From positions 101,112,408-101,176,407 of the forward strand of contig NC_092379.1 of assembly GCF_030028105.1 (NCBI RefSeq): 64,000 nucleotides of DNA, in the 5' to 3' direction. The stretch comes from Mobula birostris (taxonomy: Eukaryota). The position numbers were made by a program, and so were the translations under genes. Under the pieces are notes generated by a model that did not search any database, was not told the DNA's origin, and saw only the letters and a list, made by a program, of their open reading frames with translations. Position 1 is the first letter of the stretch. Each line of letters opens with the position of its first letter. Below are positions 13,541 to 26,927 of this stretch, one piece after another.

Positions 13541-14030
13541 CTTTTAATTAAACAAATACCTACTGTTTGCACAAGTCCAGGAGCCACATCCCTTGATTCC
13601 CTGCATGCTGATGAGCCTCATGGTCGCCATGATTGTACCTGTTTCCACTATCAACCCAGGCAATGTTATCCAGGTACTTGCCATTTTCTGTGTAAAAAAA
13701 ATTGCCATCCACATCTCCTTTAAACTCTCCACCTTCCCTCCCACCTTTACTTAAAGCTATGGACGCTAGTATTTGACATATCTACCCTGGGAAAAAGATT
13801 ATGATTGTCTACTCTCATAATACATCTTATAATTTTACAAACTTCTATTAATTTCCCCTCATCTTCTGATGCTCTAGAAGAAACAATCAAGTTGTCCAAC
13901 TTTCCCTTATAGCTAATACCCCCTACTCCAGACAGCATCCTGGTAAACCACTTCCGAATTCTCCCCAAAGTCTCCACAACCTTCCTGTCTTAGGCATCCA
14001 GAAATGCAGCCTAACCAAACTTTTATATTG
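13540..14030 (-). mobile_element. CR1 3' fragment inserted in the Rex1/L2-like element
   Basis: Minus-strand FTRMLSG...LFPRV...; the Rex-like sequence resumes at about 14045. Confidence 0.65.
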
Positions 14031-17000
14031 GACAATACTAATACTAATACATTCTAGCTGGATGTGTCACCATCTGGCTTGGAGGGGAGGGGGCACTACA
14101 TCGATTCAAAATAAGCTGCAGAGAGTTGAAAACTTAGTCAACTCCATAAGGAGGAATAGCATCCTCAGCATCCACGACATCTTTCAGGAAGCAATGCCTC
14201 AAAAAGCTGGCATCCGTCATTTAGGACTCCCATCACCCAGGATATGCCTTCTTCAGATTACTACATCAAGAGGGACCTGACGAAGGTCTCTGCCTGAAAC
14301 GTCGACTGCACCTCTTCCTAGACATGCTGCCTGGTCTGCTGTGTTCACCAGCAACTTTGATGTGTGTCACTACTTTTCTTTCTCTTTTTGCACTATTTAC
14401 TTAATTTAGCATTTTTTTCCAGAAGTATATAGATACACATATACTTACTATAATTTACAGTTTAGTTATTAAGTACTGCAATGTACTGCCGCAGAACAAC
14501 AAATTTCATGACATATGTCAGTGATATTAAACCTGATTCTGATTCTTTGGTTAGGCTGCAGTTCTATATATGGAATCCCTATCCAACTCACTCCTTTCCA
14601 GCCTCCTTACCCTACTTATGTGAATCTGAGCTTATAGGAAACTCTGCTGTCATTTTCCTAATTTGAATCATTACACATGGGTTTGCTGACTAGCATCAGA
14701 TCTTGTTAAACAATAGCTTTATGTTAAAATCCTCACCCTCCTTTATATCTCTCTTCATAGCTTCACCTGTCCTCAATTGTCTACAAATCCCCAAAATCTT
14801 TCCTCCAATAATACTTGCCTTTAATTTAGTCCTTAAAAGGTAATCCTTAAATTAATCTTTAAATATTACTACTTAAAGGTTAATCTTTAAATTTTAATCT
14901 TTTAACTTTTCACCACTGGCAACCTCAAGTACATACGCTCTAAAATTCCACAACTAAATTCCTTCCTCATTCAAAACTATGCTCAAAACCTACCTCTTTG
15001 ATCAAAATTCTTGTTACCCAGCTTTGTATCATGGTGAGACTTGGTGTCAAGCTTCATTTGATTATTCTGATATGAACCAACTTCTATATTAAACAACTAT
15101 ACTATATCAAAAATCAAAATAACAACTTTTGTGATTGATTTTTAAGAGAAGTTCAGGGAACTTCTAAAATAATTATTCTAAGAGTTATTTGATGTACTTT
15201 TTCTCAGAAATGTCAATTTTACTTATGTTGAGACAATGGACAAAGAGGTTCCCATTACTAGGAATCACTGATAATGCGTCCTTGGGCACTACTTCAGAAA
15301 GATGAAGAGCTACAATGTTGCACATAACAATCTAGAAAGCTCTTTATTATTACACAGAAAACATGGTAAATTTTAACTGTTTTCCCTCCACTTCTGGTAC
15401 GTCAGGAATTACCTGACCTCATCAATATTTCCAGCATTTTCAGTTTGTACTTTTAATTATATTTAGTATTCCTCCAGCTGATAATATGGCTTTCAGAAGA
15501 AACACATCAGTTTTTCATATTCTTCATTGTATTATGAGAATCAAAGTTAATCTCGCAAATGCAGCAAAATGTAAGGAGCTGTTAAGTGTGCAGTAACCTG
15601 CACTATTTGCCTTAACTAAAAGTCAGTTATAAAAGTTAGTTATTTAAGAAATTAAATGATTTAATACGTTAGAAAAAGCTTGAGACAGCTAAAGAATATT
15701 CCAATTGCTGAAAAGATCAATTAAGTGAATTCTCATGTTAAAATTGTGTTTTTATACAACACAAAAATTTTCTCATGCTTTCCACAGCATCTTATCTCTA
15801 ATCTACGATTTAAGATATTAGTCCAGCTTAATTCAAGTGAAGCTTCTCCCAACAGAATATTGACACAAGTGCTCCATGAATTAAAAACCATTTCTCCACA
15901 TCAATCTCTGAACTACACATTCAACTCTCCTATGTAGTTCTTATTTTTAAATTTGAATCCGAGCTCCTCACACTCCTTTAACAGTATCTTTATTGTAATC
16001 CTTTCAATATTACTGATTTCAACATGCATTACGACAACTGCATCTATTCCCTTCTACTTCAGGAACAAAACCCACCCCGCCACTGAGGATGTCTTCAAGA
16101 GACAGGGCCTCAAGAAGGTAGAATCCATCACATAAGGACCCTCACCATCACGACAGGTCCTCCTCTCATTACTACGGTCAGGGAGGAGACACAGGAACCT
16201 GAAAAACCACACTCAATGATTTAGGAACAGCTTCTTACCCTCCATCCTTCAGATTTCTGAAGTGTCCATGAACCCTTGAACACTACTTTGTTATTTTTTA
16301 CACTTAATTTTGTTTTTGCACAATACTGCTGCCAAAAAAGACAATGACAATAAATATCATTCTGATTCCACAACTATGAAGACATCTCCTTAGTCTTGGC
16401 ACTACTTGCTAAGTGCACTAGAATGTAATTTCTCATGAATTATAACATCAACAGCATGGGTAACCTATTCATCAACACACACTTTTTTATTTACACAGAA
16501 GTCCCTAAGCCTCGGTATTTTTTTAAATACTGTGGTAAAACTGTTGAAATACATGTGAACATCTATCTACATCAGTACGGATTGTGATCCAGCTCACAAC
16601 AAAATAACAATCATGATCATTCACTAAATATTATAGATTTTCTCAGTTGTACCTATATTACTACCTGGATAAGGGACAGATCCATTGTTTCAATTCATTA
16701 TCCTGAAATGAACCTGGTATTACTTTCATGTGATTTCCTCCCACCGGCTCTGTTATGCTAAGTGGTTGTTTCATTGTTCTTCCTCTGTAAATTGCACTTT
16801 AATAAGGAACACATGCCACTTCAGTGGTCTTAGTGGATCAATCGGCTAAATACAGTCATGGAGTTGCTATCATTACTTGGTTTTGTTGGAGCCAGCACTT
16901 CAATTATCCACAACAACACAGTGGATGAAAAATGCTTTGTTCATGAGTTAACGGCCAGTTCAGAATAAAAGCGGTGAATAAGTGATAAACTTTCTTACTG

Positions 17001-19308
17001 GAGGCTAGTAATTAGTGCAGAAACTTCAAGAGATCATTATCCAAAGTAAAACTGTCACAAGTTAATAAATGATAATGAGCATGCACCTAGATAATATTGT
17101 TTCTTTAAAAAACTTCTAAGTATGTAACGATACATGAAAATGGAGCACTTTAATAAATGGGCTTTTTATAGAGGATGAGTTAGAAAATTGGAAGTCCGTG
17201 GGATTAAAGCAGCAGCTGCTGCATTGCTGAAAGGGAAGAATATTTGATTATCAGATGGAAAGAATGTAAACGGTGATATATCCCAGGCACAGCATTTCTC
17301 TTTTTAGACTAGGTGACCTCAGTTTGATGCAAAAGACAACATTTTCAAGTTTGCAGGTCGAAAACAAAAGAGTTGGAAATGTAGAAAACAATGAGAAAAA
17401 AAGGACTAACAAGACCAATGAAATAGACAAATAAAATTGAACACGCATAAACGTGAAACATAACAATCTGGGTGCAAGCTTGAAAAGAGTAAATATCAGA
17501 ATCATATTTATTGTTGTTGACTTAAAATGACATGAAACTTGCTGCTTTACAGCAGCAATAGAATGCATTAATCAACAAAGTACAATCTTAACGGAGCATA
17601 GGAGAAGACAGAGTTGGCCATTCACATAAAATTTTTTGAAGGGCATTTTGCTACGCAGGCATGTCACTTACAGAGAGACTGGAGAAGTTGTGAATGTTGT
17701 ACAAGATTAGACCCTACATCAAATTGTTAAACAGGGATTCAATAAATGTATTCAAAATTAAAGAGCTTTGAAAAACTCTTATCAATACATAATCACAGAA
17801 CACTGATTAAGATCATTCAGCAAAGACTTCCACTGGAGTAACAACTTGATTCGAACACCAGGGTCCTGAGGAGTCTCAGTAGGGTGATGATTCTACTTGC
17901 AGAGAGATTTAGAACTAGGGCTCACAGTTTAAAGGTTATGGATGATTTGGTGAAGGCAAAGTCCCTCCCCCCTCCGAGCGTCATTTGCTTTGGAATCTTT
18001 TCTGAAAGGGCGGTGAAAGCACCATTTTTGAATATTTAAAGGCAGCTGATAAGCACGGGAGTTAACGGTTACTGACATGAGCAGGAATCTGAGAGCTGTG
18101 GTTATAATCAGACCAGCCATGAACTTATCGAACGAGGAAGCAACCTCCAAAAACCGATTTCTTATCCTTAATTTGTACTGTCCTATAAGCCCCGCCTATT
18201 TTAAATTCGACTGATACTTCCGGCTGTCATTCGCCATAACACTTACTTCCCTATTGTGCTTCAGACATGTTATGTGCGTGATAATCCTAGCTGTAGCTTA
18301 ACTCGCGTGCTGTATATTTACTGTATAACCTTACCACTCCACGCCCCAGCCAATAAGTGTAAATGCCGTACTCTAATCTACCCGCACTTAACACTACACT
18401 CCACTGTTCTCTTCACACAGCTCCAATAGAGCAGCTGAAGAGGCTGCTAGGTAGATTCAACGGTAGCAAAGTGACAGAGTTAACATATACCCTAATTTCA
18501 AAGTTTCCCTAATTTGTACATTTTCCCTTTCGAATCCCGCCCACCCTTGCATCACACTGTGCCCCCAGTTGCCCAATCATGTTGGCCCGCATGTTCCCAC
18601 GCAACTGCGAACCCGGAAGCCCCAGGCTTACTCCCATTGTCACGCGGGGTTTGTTGTGATTCCGTTGCACACTGTGATTGGGTGAAAACAACAAACACAT
18701 TTAATAACGGGACAAGACGGCAGGCAAGGGCCAGGAAAGATCCCAACTGATGCCAATTACTCCCATTATCCATCCGTCACCTTTTTTCCCTCCCGCAAAT
18801 TGTTGCTAAACACCGCAGAGCATCTGCTCAGAGCTCAACCTAACCTGCTGATCCTTATCCCCGCCTACCTCCCTCACCAATTGGAGACTGTCACTCGGTC
18901 CTGCTCGTGCTCCACAACATCGTATCCACTCGCGTGCGCCATTGGCGGTTAGTTTAAATTTGATTGGCTGCCACCAATGTTAATCAAACATGTTAGTAAC
19001 TGACACCCGCCCATCCCTCTGCCGGCTCGTTAATCGGCTAAACGTAACACCCATCAGATATTCCCTTCACAAATCCACCCCTAAACACGAAGTGCCGCCA
19101 CCCGATTGGCTCTAGCAGCCGTCAGTCGAGGAGCTGATCACGCGCCCCTTCGCAAGTTTGGTTGTCAATGCAGTTGAGACTTTGAACCAAATTAAATAAT
19201 TAAATATAAAATGTAAGCATGATAAACTCCGGCCACGCTGCCCTGCGGTGTCGAGTACCCGCGACGATATATTAGGAAATAAAACTGACGTGCGTCCGTG
19301 CCACTTAC

Positions 19309-19381
19309 CTACGAGCTCGGCGATTGCGCTGAAAGGCCAGGTGTGGCTGGTCGAGTTTGTGTGTAAGTAGGTAGGGCTCAT
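19309..19381 (-). CDS. MORC4: MORC-family CW zinc finger GHKL ATPase, coding exon 2 ([25 protein letters not shown])
   Basis: [17 protein letters not shown] is the hallmark MORC N-terminal motif; acceptor ttttgctcctcag, donor G|GTAAGT; 73 nt. MORC4 chosen from recalled RBM41 synteny; MORC3 not excluded. Confidence 0.9.
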
Positions 19382-19480
19382 CTGAGGAGCAAAATAAAAC
19401 ACTGTCAGCATCATTTCGGCAGCTTTGCACCAGGACTTGACTGAATTTTCTCGGCTTGTTTTCGGAATTTTAAAGCTTAC

Positions 19481-19519
19481 CGCACTGAGGCGAATCCCAT
19501 GCTCACTTAACCTCGCCAT
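19481..19519 (-). CDS. MORC4: MORC-family protein, coding exon 1 (MARLSEHGIRLSA)
   Basis: Kozak-like AACATGG; GIRLSA matches the MORC3/4 N-terminus; donor GCG|GTAAGC; 39 nt. No exon 3 found in 1-19308. Confidence 0.88.
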
Positions 19520-22101
19520 GTTTGATCAAGGATCCTTCGTTTCCCAGGTGAGGGCGCAGTGTTGTCAACGGCGGCGACTGCCGTACATCATGGAGGCGGG
19601 CGGGCGGGCGGGCGGCGAGCGACAGCTGCCGCACAGCTCACCGCTGATTGGCTGCAGCTGCAGCACAACATGGCCATTCGCTCAGTGACCTTCCGTCCGA
19701 TATCGATCTGCGGGGCCTCCGGCCTCGTCCTTAACGGCGCTGTGATGTGTAGGAATGAAGGTCGCTGGGGTTTGGGGATTTACAAACCTTCCATGGCCCC
19801 AGCTGAAGCGTTAGATGACTCGGAGGACAGCAAAATGTGAGGGCTTTATTCAGGAAAGGCGTTTAATAGTGAGCCGGTAATGTCAGTTAGGAAATGGGAT
19901 TGGGGAAGACGGAATCTACATTCCGAGAGTAGGAATTAATCAAAAATAGCGTAACTTTATTGGGGAGAAAATGCTACCTGATCAATTTGAACTCTTTAAA
20001 GAAACAAATATATTGATGACGGTAGTGTTGTTGACATTGTTGAGGAAGGCTTATGATAAGATCCCTAGGTGGACAAAATTTTTTTTCATCCAAATATTTA
20101 TAAATCTTGGTCATTTTCTACTAGAGTGCTTTGAAGTTTGTTGTTTAGTATATTCAAAGTATGAATAGACGTTTAAATGTACACCAAATCAGAGGATATG
20201 GGGTTCGTGCAAGAAAAATGATAAGACGTAAAATTAGTCACACTGTCATTTAATCTAGAGCAGACACACAGAAACGAATGACCTTTTCTTGCTTCTAATT
20301 CATGTTTGTGTTCATACAATTGTGTGACAGTAGCGTCATTTGAAACTTGGTAACTTGCATGGAGAAGGTAAAACGCACTGGTTAATGTTTAATGAAAAAT
20401 TAACTGTTGGTGCTCTATTTCTCAACTTTTTGTTCTCAAAATTTGAATCGCTTGGCTGTTACTTATATTCGTTGGATAGACCAATCTCATCAATACTACA
20501 GAATAATAAAAGGGACAAAATGCTGGAAACAGCAGTTCACACATTATCTGCGAAAAGTTAATGTTTCAGGCTTTTCTTTTCACAAATGCTGCTGACTACT
20601 GAGGGTTTTAACACTAGTTTTTATTATTTCATATTTCCAGTATTAGCAGTTTCGATTTTCATCCACTTAATTTTAATAAAAATCCATGAGATTTAGTTAC
20701 AATCTCCATTCTAAGGACTTGCCCTTACACTTGAGAGACTAGCATTTATAGAATGTTCAGAACTAATTTTGTTTCTTATCTAAATCAATGAATTGACCCA
20801 CTGATGAGTTTTGCACCATGCCTGCACTTACTGTATGTGGGCTGAATGTGAACGCCCCAATCTTGTTACTTCTCAATGCCCTGGAGCCAAGGAGCAATAG
20901 CGTAACTACATTAATTACAGCAGTGATCTCCACTCCCAGAGTCGATAATTGACAGAAAACAAAGAAGGGAATGAAGTTTCATCTAATGGCAAAGCTGTAA
21001 CACATTTAATAGCATGAATATCTGTAACATTTTAAATATCGACATCAATTCCAACAGTGTTAACAAATAGTATAAAACTGAGTAATAATTTCCACAGTGT
21101 AATACTGAAAACCCCGGCAAGACTGAGCTCAGCCAGTAGACTATATGTATTATCCAGAAATACAACATCATCATCTGTTATTCGGTAAGCCTTAAGAATT
21201 CCATAGACGTGAATGTTACTTATAGAAATACAACTGGTTTTGAATGGAATACTGTTTACAGGATTCAAAGAATAACTAGTTATTTACTATCTCAGGAGGA
21301 AGTACAGATGGCGTAGTGGAAAAGGGTTAATTTCAGTCAAAAACTATTTCACACTTGTGAATAAGTATCTATTAACTACAAGACACAGGGTGAATCTACA
21401 ATCAAATGGCACATAATGATTTTAGAAATTGTAATTGATTTCTAAAGTCAAATAACAGCCATGAATTTATTTACCATGCAATATATACAATGCTTACATT
21501 ATGGAATTTTTACATCGAACGTAACTTTTTTCCCTCCTATTTTTTTGCCGTACCTCCTGCCACAATTTACAAGACAGTTTGAATGTGAATCAGTGGAATA
21601 TTTGAATAGGACAAAACTCCTGTGCTGCCTTATTACTAATAATGAAAAGCTCAAGAACTTCAATGCAAAGTAACAAGTATTTTGGACTGCTAGACTTACT
21701 TTAAATTACTGTATTTTAAAACAGTTGTACTGTTGTAATTACCCTTACAAAAGGATGTCGGGTGGGAGGAAATTACCATTTCTGTCAAGAGTAGTATTAA
21801 GATTAAGACAGGCCAAAACCTGGGATTCATATCCATTACTACCTCTGAATAATGTATTTTATGGTCTTGCGGCAATTACCTCTGAATAAGAGAACTGACC
21901 AAAAACTGAAGACATTGTTTCCGGCGACTTTCAAAGTATTAGTTCATTATTTTCTAAGAATTCCAATTTATGTTTTGTATCCTGCATAAATAACTCACAT
22001 ACAAACTTCATTTGGGGGTGAAGGCGAGGTTGGGAGGTTAATCATTCATTTTTACCCAACAACCACAAAGATTGACCAACAGATGACATCATTTGAAGTG
22101 A

Positions 22102-22320
22102 AGAAGAAAGAAGAAAGCCCATAACTCTGGGTGGAGTCATCGGGACACCGTCATGATGGTGCTTTTTTTAGCAGGCTTTCTTATTTTTATGAGGCCAAGT
22201 TGCTAGCTCGACGCTCAACCCAGCACGGATGGAAAGCGTGCAAAGGAGCCGGCTGGATTTGAACTCGGGAGCCTTCGCTCCGAAGTCCGGCGCTGATGCC
22301 ACTATGCCACCAGCCAGCAT
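22102..22320 (-). mobile_element. tRNA-derived SINE with TSD
   Basis: Minus-strand A box (GGTGGCATAGTGG) and B box (GAGTTCAAATCC); TTC-rich tail; 11-bp TSD atttgaagtga at 22091 and 22321. Confidence 0.8.
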
Positions 22321-23844
22321 ATTTGAAGTGACTACAGTAAAACATTTTTTTCCACTTGCAGAAGTTCTGAATAATACCATTAATACAGATTCCTTAAGAA
22401 TCAAAGGTATGTCTCCAGAGATGTATGGGCAATAAATACAAATCTCAGGAAAAGAAGATTACTTCAGTATTTTTATGTAAACACTTTGTATCACAATTCC
22501 TTAACTGTAACTGAAGTCCAATCCACAGTTGAATTTAGAGGAATCAGTATGTTATTTCTTTGGATCACAGTTTTTGACTGACCAAAAGGCACATAGTGAC
22601 CTGAAAAACAAGACTTGTTGATTTAATTTTAATCCCAAGGCGGAATATCAAATAACTATCTCAATGTTAGACATGGCTCAATTACATTAAAAGTTAAAAT
22701 TATATCTAAAAGTGAGCTGGTATTGCCTTTGTAAGTAGTAGTACTATTGTTGCTATGTTGTAACCAAAAATATTTGCCCTGTTTGGCTTGGATTTCTGTC
22801 TAAAAAAATCACAAATATAATGTACAAGATATTATCATTGTACTCAAGTCAGAACTTGTTTTACTTTGTGTTTACGGTTAAGATTTCTTAAGAGGGTAGA
22901 GATACAATAATAGCTGAAATTGGATTTCCTGGATAAACTCACAACATACAGATTGGGTGAAAAATGTTTGAGAAAGTTGAAAAACTACAAGTAACCTGGT
23001 TGCAAAAAGCACCAATATATTTATGTATTCCTGGGGCTGCTTTCTGTAGGATCATTAGAGCTAACCATTTGTATACAAAGCTTTTCCATTTTATTGGGAT
23101 TTATTTTCAACAACAATTTTTTTGCCCAAGATTTATTGTTTAGAAAATATTACTTTTTTAAAAAAAATCCATAACTTTAAAACAAAATGTTAGTACTCAT
23201 TAAAAAGGTGTGAAAATGCAATTTAAAGACCGTGAGAATGAACAAACTTTTTGTTTTCCTGAACAAAAGGTGTGTGTTTTTTTTATATATACTGCCCCAG
23301 TTTTCATTCCTCTTTTCCTGAAACAGTAACTTTACCCAGATTCCTCTTTATATCTGCCACTGGTCCCTTGCATAAAAGTACATTTTTCATTTAAGAAAAT
23401 TTACGTTGCTTGGTTTTTCAACTATGAGCAGTTTTAACTGGAACCGCTTAACTGCAACAACATAAGCTCTTCATGTGTACTCAACTCTTAAGGAAAAAGT
23501 TCATTCAACTGTAATACTCTAAATATAGCAAACTGAGAAATTTAACCATGAAATATTAAAGCTGGAACCTCCATGTTCCAAATGGCCCAGTACCACATCA
23601 GGATTCAGTGCAAGGCCAAAGATGATTTTGTTAAACCATACCCTTGCATGTGTTATTTTTATTATCCAGATAATGGAAGGTATTTTTCAATGCCTCTAAA
23701 GAAAATACTTTGCACAAATGAAAGTCTGACGTTTCCTTTGGGGGAAGGGGGTGCACAGCGGCACTTTCGAATTTGTAATGTATTTGCACTGAGTAACATT
23801 TGTGCTTAAGCTCCTTCCATTGACCATAGCTCTGAAAGTCCAGT

Positions 23845-23945
23845 TCACTGGTGGGATCGATTCTGCCCATACTCAATAATAATTGGTTTGCCCATCAGAT
23901 TGTAACCATTCACCAGGTTCAGGGCTTCCATTGCCAACTCAACAC
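23845..23945 (-). CDS. RBM41: RBM41 exon 7 (last coding; RRM C-terminus ...ALNLVNGYNLMGKPIIIEYG...*)
   Basis: Acceptor cattttag; phase 1; TGA at 23845-23847; matches the end of the RBM41 RRM. Confidence 0.93.
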
Positions 23946-24675
23946 CTAAAATGCAATGAGACAACAGAAAATCATTAAATAACTCATTAGAATTTTTGAC
24001 CGTGATATATTCAACTGACAGCTGAAATAAAAACTTCATTAATGTAAAGTCTGTTAAATGCCAGCAGGCAACTGGACCAAATCTTTATATTTACATATAT
24101 GAAATTTCCAGCCACAGTCAATAAGTAAACAGTGCAAAAGATGCTATTCAGAACCCAAGAGCCGTAAGAGACAGGCACAGAATAAACTGAACCTGCTCAT
24201 TTGACCATTCCATGAGAGTTCTCATACACTCAGTCACGATGGGACTTTGCACAGAAAACTGATCACTCTCCTACTGCAGCTGCAACTTAGAAAATGCATC
24301 TAGTGCTGGAAACTTAATATAAAAAAAGAACAAAATGTCTTAACAACAACAGCATTTTGCAAGTTCTAATGAAAATTACATTTGTAAGTGGAAGTGACAT
24401 TACTTGCACACATAAACCACCTAGTATTTTTCCCAGTAACAGATTCACTTTTTCTATTAGGTCTATGATTTACCAGTTACTGGCTTTATAGTCCTGAGGA
24501 AAAATAAAACTATCAATGAGCTTTCATTCCCTCAAGTTAGTTACTGCTAACAGCTCATTTTAAAATTAATGTTGTTTGTTACAATGCAATAAAATAAATT
24601 TTACTCTGAAGTTTGAACAGAGCATTGTTGTGATAATTCCTCAAAAAATGTGTTTTAGTATAGAGATATACATAC

Positions 24676-24823
24676 TCGGGAAGGTAATGAAAGCTTGTCC
24701 CTTCATTCGACCTGTCAGTAACCGGAAAAGGAGCTGAGGGCCATCCTTTTGTTGGAAAGAAACAAATAAGGAAAACAAATCTTCCAATGTGGCTTTTGGA
24801 TTCAAATTTTTCAAGTACAGAAC
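24676..24823 (-). CDS. RBM41: RBM41 exon 6 (RRM: VLYLKNL...GRMKGQAFITFP)
   Basis: RNP2 LYLKNL and RNP1 KGQAFITF; acceptor ttcag, donor GTATGT; 148 nt. Confidence 0.95.
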
Positions 24824-25009
24824 CTGAAGAGGAAAACAATTGAAATAGTGAAGTAAATGGTGAATTGCACGTTTAAATTGCACATCAGTAAAGCATTGCA
24901 GCTGATGGATAACAACTATAAACAATTTTTACTGAACTCACCATACTAGCTATGAAAACATATTTGTCTTAATCAAACTGATCACTTATATCAAATCAGA
25001 TAACAGTCC

Positions 25010-25262
25010 AGAATGGTAGGGGCAACAGCACTGAGCGTCATATGAAGTCATTCCTGCCTGTGGCCATCAAACTTTACAACTCCTCTCTTGGAGGGTCAGA
25101 CATCCTAAGCTAATAGGCTGGTCCTGGACCTATTTCATAATTTACTGACATAATTTACATATTACTATTTAACTATTTATGGTTCTATTACTAGTTATTA
25201 TTTATGGAGCAACTGTAATGAAAACCAATTTCCCCCGGGATTAATAAAGTATGACTATGACT
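25010..25262 (+). mobile_element. 3' end of Rex1/L2-like LINE (same family as 56075-57252)
   Basis: SFLPVAIKLYNSSLGGSD C-terminus and aataaagtatgactatgact tail. Confidence 0.75.
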
Positions 25263-25679
25263 AAAGATCCTGCCAAAATTACATTTCTGGATCATAATTA
25301 ATGCAATTAAGCTCAAATGTTTTCACCCTCACAACCTGAAATGTGTACCCTTTATCAACCCCAAATTACAATTTTTTTTTCTTACGCCACTCAGTGTTAT
25401 GCAGTGTCTATGAGTTTTAAGAACTTGCTCTGGTTTCCTAAACAGATGAAATTGAAGTCTGAGGCCAATTTATGTACTAAAGCCATAAAAGTTTTCCTGT
25501 CAAGTTGCACCTTAAACATTATATTTAATCCTGGTGACCAAAACACAAGTAAACAAGCATCCCATGGAGATGAAACAAAGGCTCATATGAAAGGTCTAGA
25601 AAACTTAGGCACTTCTTGAGAAATGTGAGGTCTGAAAGGCAGTACAGGCACAAGAAAATAAGATGGAAGAGATTAAAAA

Positions 25680-25865
25680 CACAAACACAAGGAATTCTGC
25701 AGATGCTAGAAATTCAGGCAACACACATCAAAGTTGCTGGTGAACACAGCAGGCCAGGCAGCATCTCTAGGAAGAGGTACAGTCAACGTTTCAGGCCGAG
25801 ACCCTTTGTCAGGACTAACTGAAGAAAAAGCTAGTAAGAGATTTTTACTAGCTCTTTCTTCAGTA
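25680..25865 (-). mobile_element. Penelope pLTR fragment with degenerate hammerhead
   Basis: Minus strand agtcCTGACAAagggtctcggcctGAAACGTTgact. Confidence 0.7.
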
Positions 25866-26266
25866 GCAGTGGCCAAAATTATGGCACCATGAATGGCTTT
25901 GTTGTACAAGAGAGTAAGAAAAAGAGTGGCAGAGCTATTGTGGTAGGGGATACCCTGTTAAAGGGAATAGACATGAGCTTCAAGCTCAATTGTTATTCAA
26001 CCATACATGAATACAGCCAAATGGAACAGCGGTCCTCCAGAGCAAAGGTGCAAAAGACAGTTTCAACAGTAAAACAAAGCACAGGGTATATAATAGCATA
26101 TATAATTATGATAGCAGTAAACACAGTCACAAAAAAATAACATAGCTCAAGTCCGTGATCATAAACGGAACTCCTGGTTGGTGTGTCGCCTCCTGAGTGC
26201 AAGGGTGAAGGATGTCTTGGAGTGGCTACAGGACCATTCTAAAAGGAAGTTATCATGGTGCATATA

Positions 26267-26925
26267 CAGTTGCAAGAAAAAAATTTGTGAACCCTTTGCA
26301 ATTATCTTTTTTTTGCATTAATTACTAATAAAATGTGGTCTGATCATCATTTAAGTCACAATAATAGACAAACACAATCTGCCTAAACTAATAACACACA
26401 AACAATTGTACATTTCATCTCTTTCTTCTTCTTCGGCTGTCCATCTATTTTCAATGTTGACTGAGGCCTGAGCAAGGTTTGTATGGAAGACCAGCATTTA
26501 CCCATGCTGCAAGTCTCCCTTCTCCACGCTACTGATGTTGTCCAAGGGAAGGACACTGGGACCCATACAGCTTGGCACTGGTGTCGTCACAGAGCAATGT
26601 GTGGTTAAGTGCCTTGCTCAAGGACACAACATGCTGCTTCAGCTGAGGCTCAAACTTGTGGCCCTCAGATCACTAGACTGAAGCCTTAACCACTTGGCCA
26701 TGCGCCATCTCTTTATTGAATACATTGTTTAATCATTCACAGTCCAGGCTGGAAAAAGCATGTGAATCATTGTATTTAATAACTGGTAGAACCTACTTTA
26801 GCACCAGTACCTCCAACAAATGTTTCTTGTAGCAGCTGATCAGACTTGCACAATGGTGTGGAGGAGTTTTAGACCATTCCTGATGCCAGGTAATTGCAAA
26901 TGGTTAAAACTTTTTCTTGCAACTG
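26267..26925. mobile_element. Internally deleted Tc1-family element (second family)
   Basis: TA flanks; TIR CAGTTGCAAGAAAAA / TTTTTCTTGCAACTG; interrupts a CR1 ORF1 motif (MVHI|GTNNI). Confidence 0.8.
26425..26704 (-). mobile_element. SINE nested in the Tc1 derivative
   Basis: TSD catctcttt (26416 and about 26705); tRNA-like head on minus strand (TGGCCAAGTGG...GTTTGAGCC); (GAA)n tail. Confidence 0.7.
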
Positions 26926-26927
26926 TA

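Larger units (their letters stand above)
18500..19900. promoter_or_regulatory. CpG island / MORC promoter and first-intron regulatory region
   Basis: Sharp rise in CpG density; GC boxes (gggcgggcgggcgg at about 19597-19616); many CCAAT/ATTGG boxes; surrounds MORC exons 1-2. Confidence 0.8.

Noticed and set aside
14820-14905. AT-rich quasi-repeat (taatctttaa units)
   Set aside because: Degenerate low-complexity duplication with no regular repeat-spacer structure.
1-19308. MORC exon 3 (DNAYDPDV...LHKMLS-like)
   Set aside because: Not found by manual inspection; presumably outside the window, though a miss cannot be excluded.
19112-19519. 135-aa ORF as a single-exon gene
   Set aside because: It is MORC exon 1, intron 1 and exon 2 read through; homology stops at canonical splice sites.
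20801-20860. CTGATGA as a hammerhead core or C box
   Set aside because: No stem II followed by GAAA, and no convincing terminal stem with a D box.
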